Part shown: positions 39,151 through 39,583 of the stretch, one piece after another | Numbering within the stretch: position 1 is the stretch's first letter | Layout: each line of letters starts with the position of its first letter | Assembly (NCBI GenBank): GCA_050331235.1 | Contig: JBHJHA010000061.1 | Span: 1-39,583, forward strand | DNA from: Leptolyngbyaceae cyanobacterium | GTDB lineage: Bacteria; Cyanobacteriota; Cyanobacteriia; Phormidesmidales; Phormidesmidaceae | Direction of reading: 5' to 3' | DNA length: 39,583 bases | Made by a program: the position numbers and the translations under genes | Notes under the pieces: model-generated | Seen by the model: the letters and a program-made list of their open reading frames with translations, nothing else | What the model was told of the DNA's origin: nothing | The model's database searches: none

Positions 39151-39583
39151 ATGAGTATGCAGGACCCCAAAAATAAGATGGAGGCTCCGCCACCCAGAAT
39201 TGCGCTGCTGATCGATGCCGACAATGCTCCGGCGTCAAAAATTGGTTTGGTTTTTGATCGGTTGAGCTATTTGGGCACCATCCGGGTGCGGCGCGCCTAC
39301 GGTAACTGGAAGAAAGATCATCTGCAAGGCTGGGCCAAGATTTTGCATAAGCATGCGATCGTACCGATTCAGCAGTTTGACTATGTGACCGGCAAAAATG
39401 CCACCGACATTGCCTTAGCTATTGATGCGATGGATTTACTGCAAACCATGCGCCCGGAAATCTACGGCATAGTAGCCGGCGATAGCGACTATACGCACTT
39501 GGTGGTGAGGCTCATTGCCTCAGGGGCCCGAGTATAAGGGTTTGGCAGCGTCAAAACGGAATCGATCGCCTTAAGAGATAACT
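39151..39583 (+). pseudogene. NYN-domain (DUF88-like) gene with premature stop at 39535-39537
   Basis: IALLIDADN, GKNATD-ALAIDAMD and GDSDYT. The in-frame sequence reads GARV*GFGSVKT where the family has V-x-GFG, and the frame stays open to the window end. Confidence 0.72.

Larger units (their letters stand above)
1..39583. repeat. HIP1 octamer GCGATCGC dispersed throughout
   Basis: Roughly 50 occurrences by eye (approximate count), inside and between genes; a cyanobacterial hallmark. Confidence 0.92.

Overview
Chromosomal window from a cyanobacterium. The HIP1 octamer GCGATCGC recurs roughly 50 times by eye, and ycf46/ycf35, labA, DUF1816 and Cry-DASH are present. The osmoprotectant ABC transporter hints at a saline habitat (inference). 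Most of the window is ordinary accessory or core gene content: a Cu P1B-ATPase, RraA, EamA, UbiD, RecQ, a membrane/general-stress cluster, an osmoprotectant ABC transporter, LabA, TPR proteins and a DASH cryptochrome. The window starts inside the left end of an IS630-like element and ends in a NYN-domain gene broken by a nonsense codon. The best candidate for an undescribed system is a co-oriented triad at 10.9-15.4 kb: a REC-(degenerate GAF) regulator, an HTH-NACHT (NLR-like STAND NTPase) and a pseudo-receiver-HPt protein. Other notable items are an orphan dual-Cys DXCF cyanobacteriochrome kinase, a DUF1400/alpha-beta-hydrolase/amino-acid-binding-protein fusion, three MITE-like intergenic elements, and a ycf46-operon promoter with 8-bp iterons and an HLR1 (RpaB) motif. 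No rRNA, tRNA or CRISPR array was seen. All domain calls come from motif recognition by eye, not from database searches.
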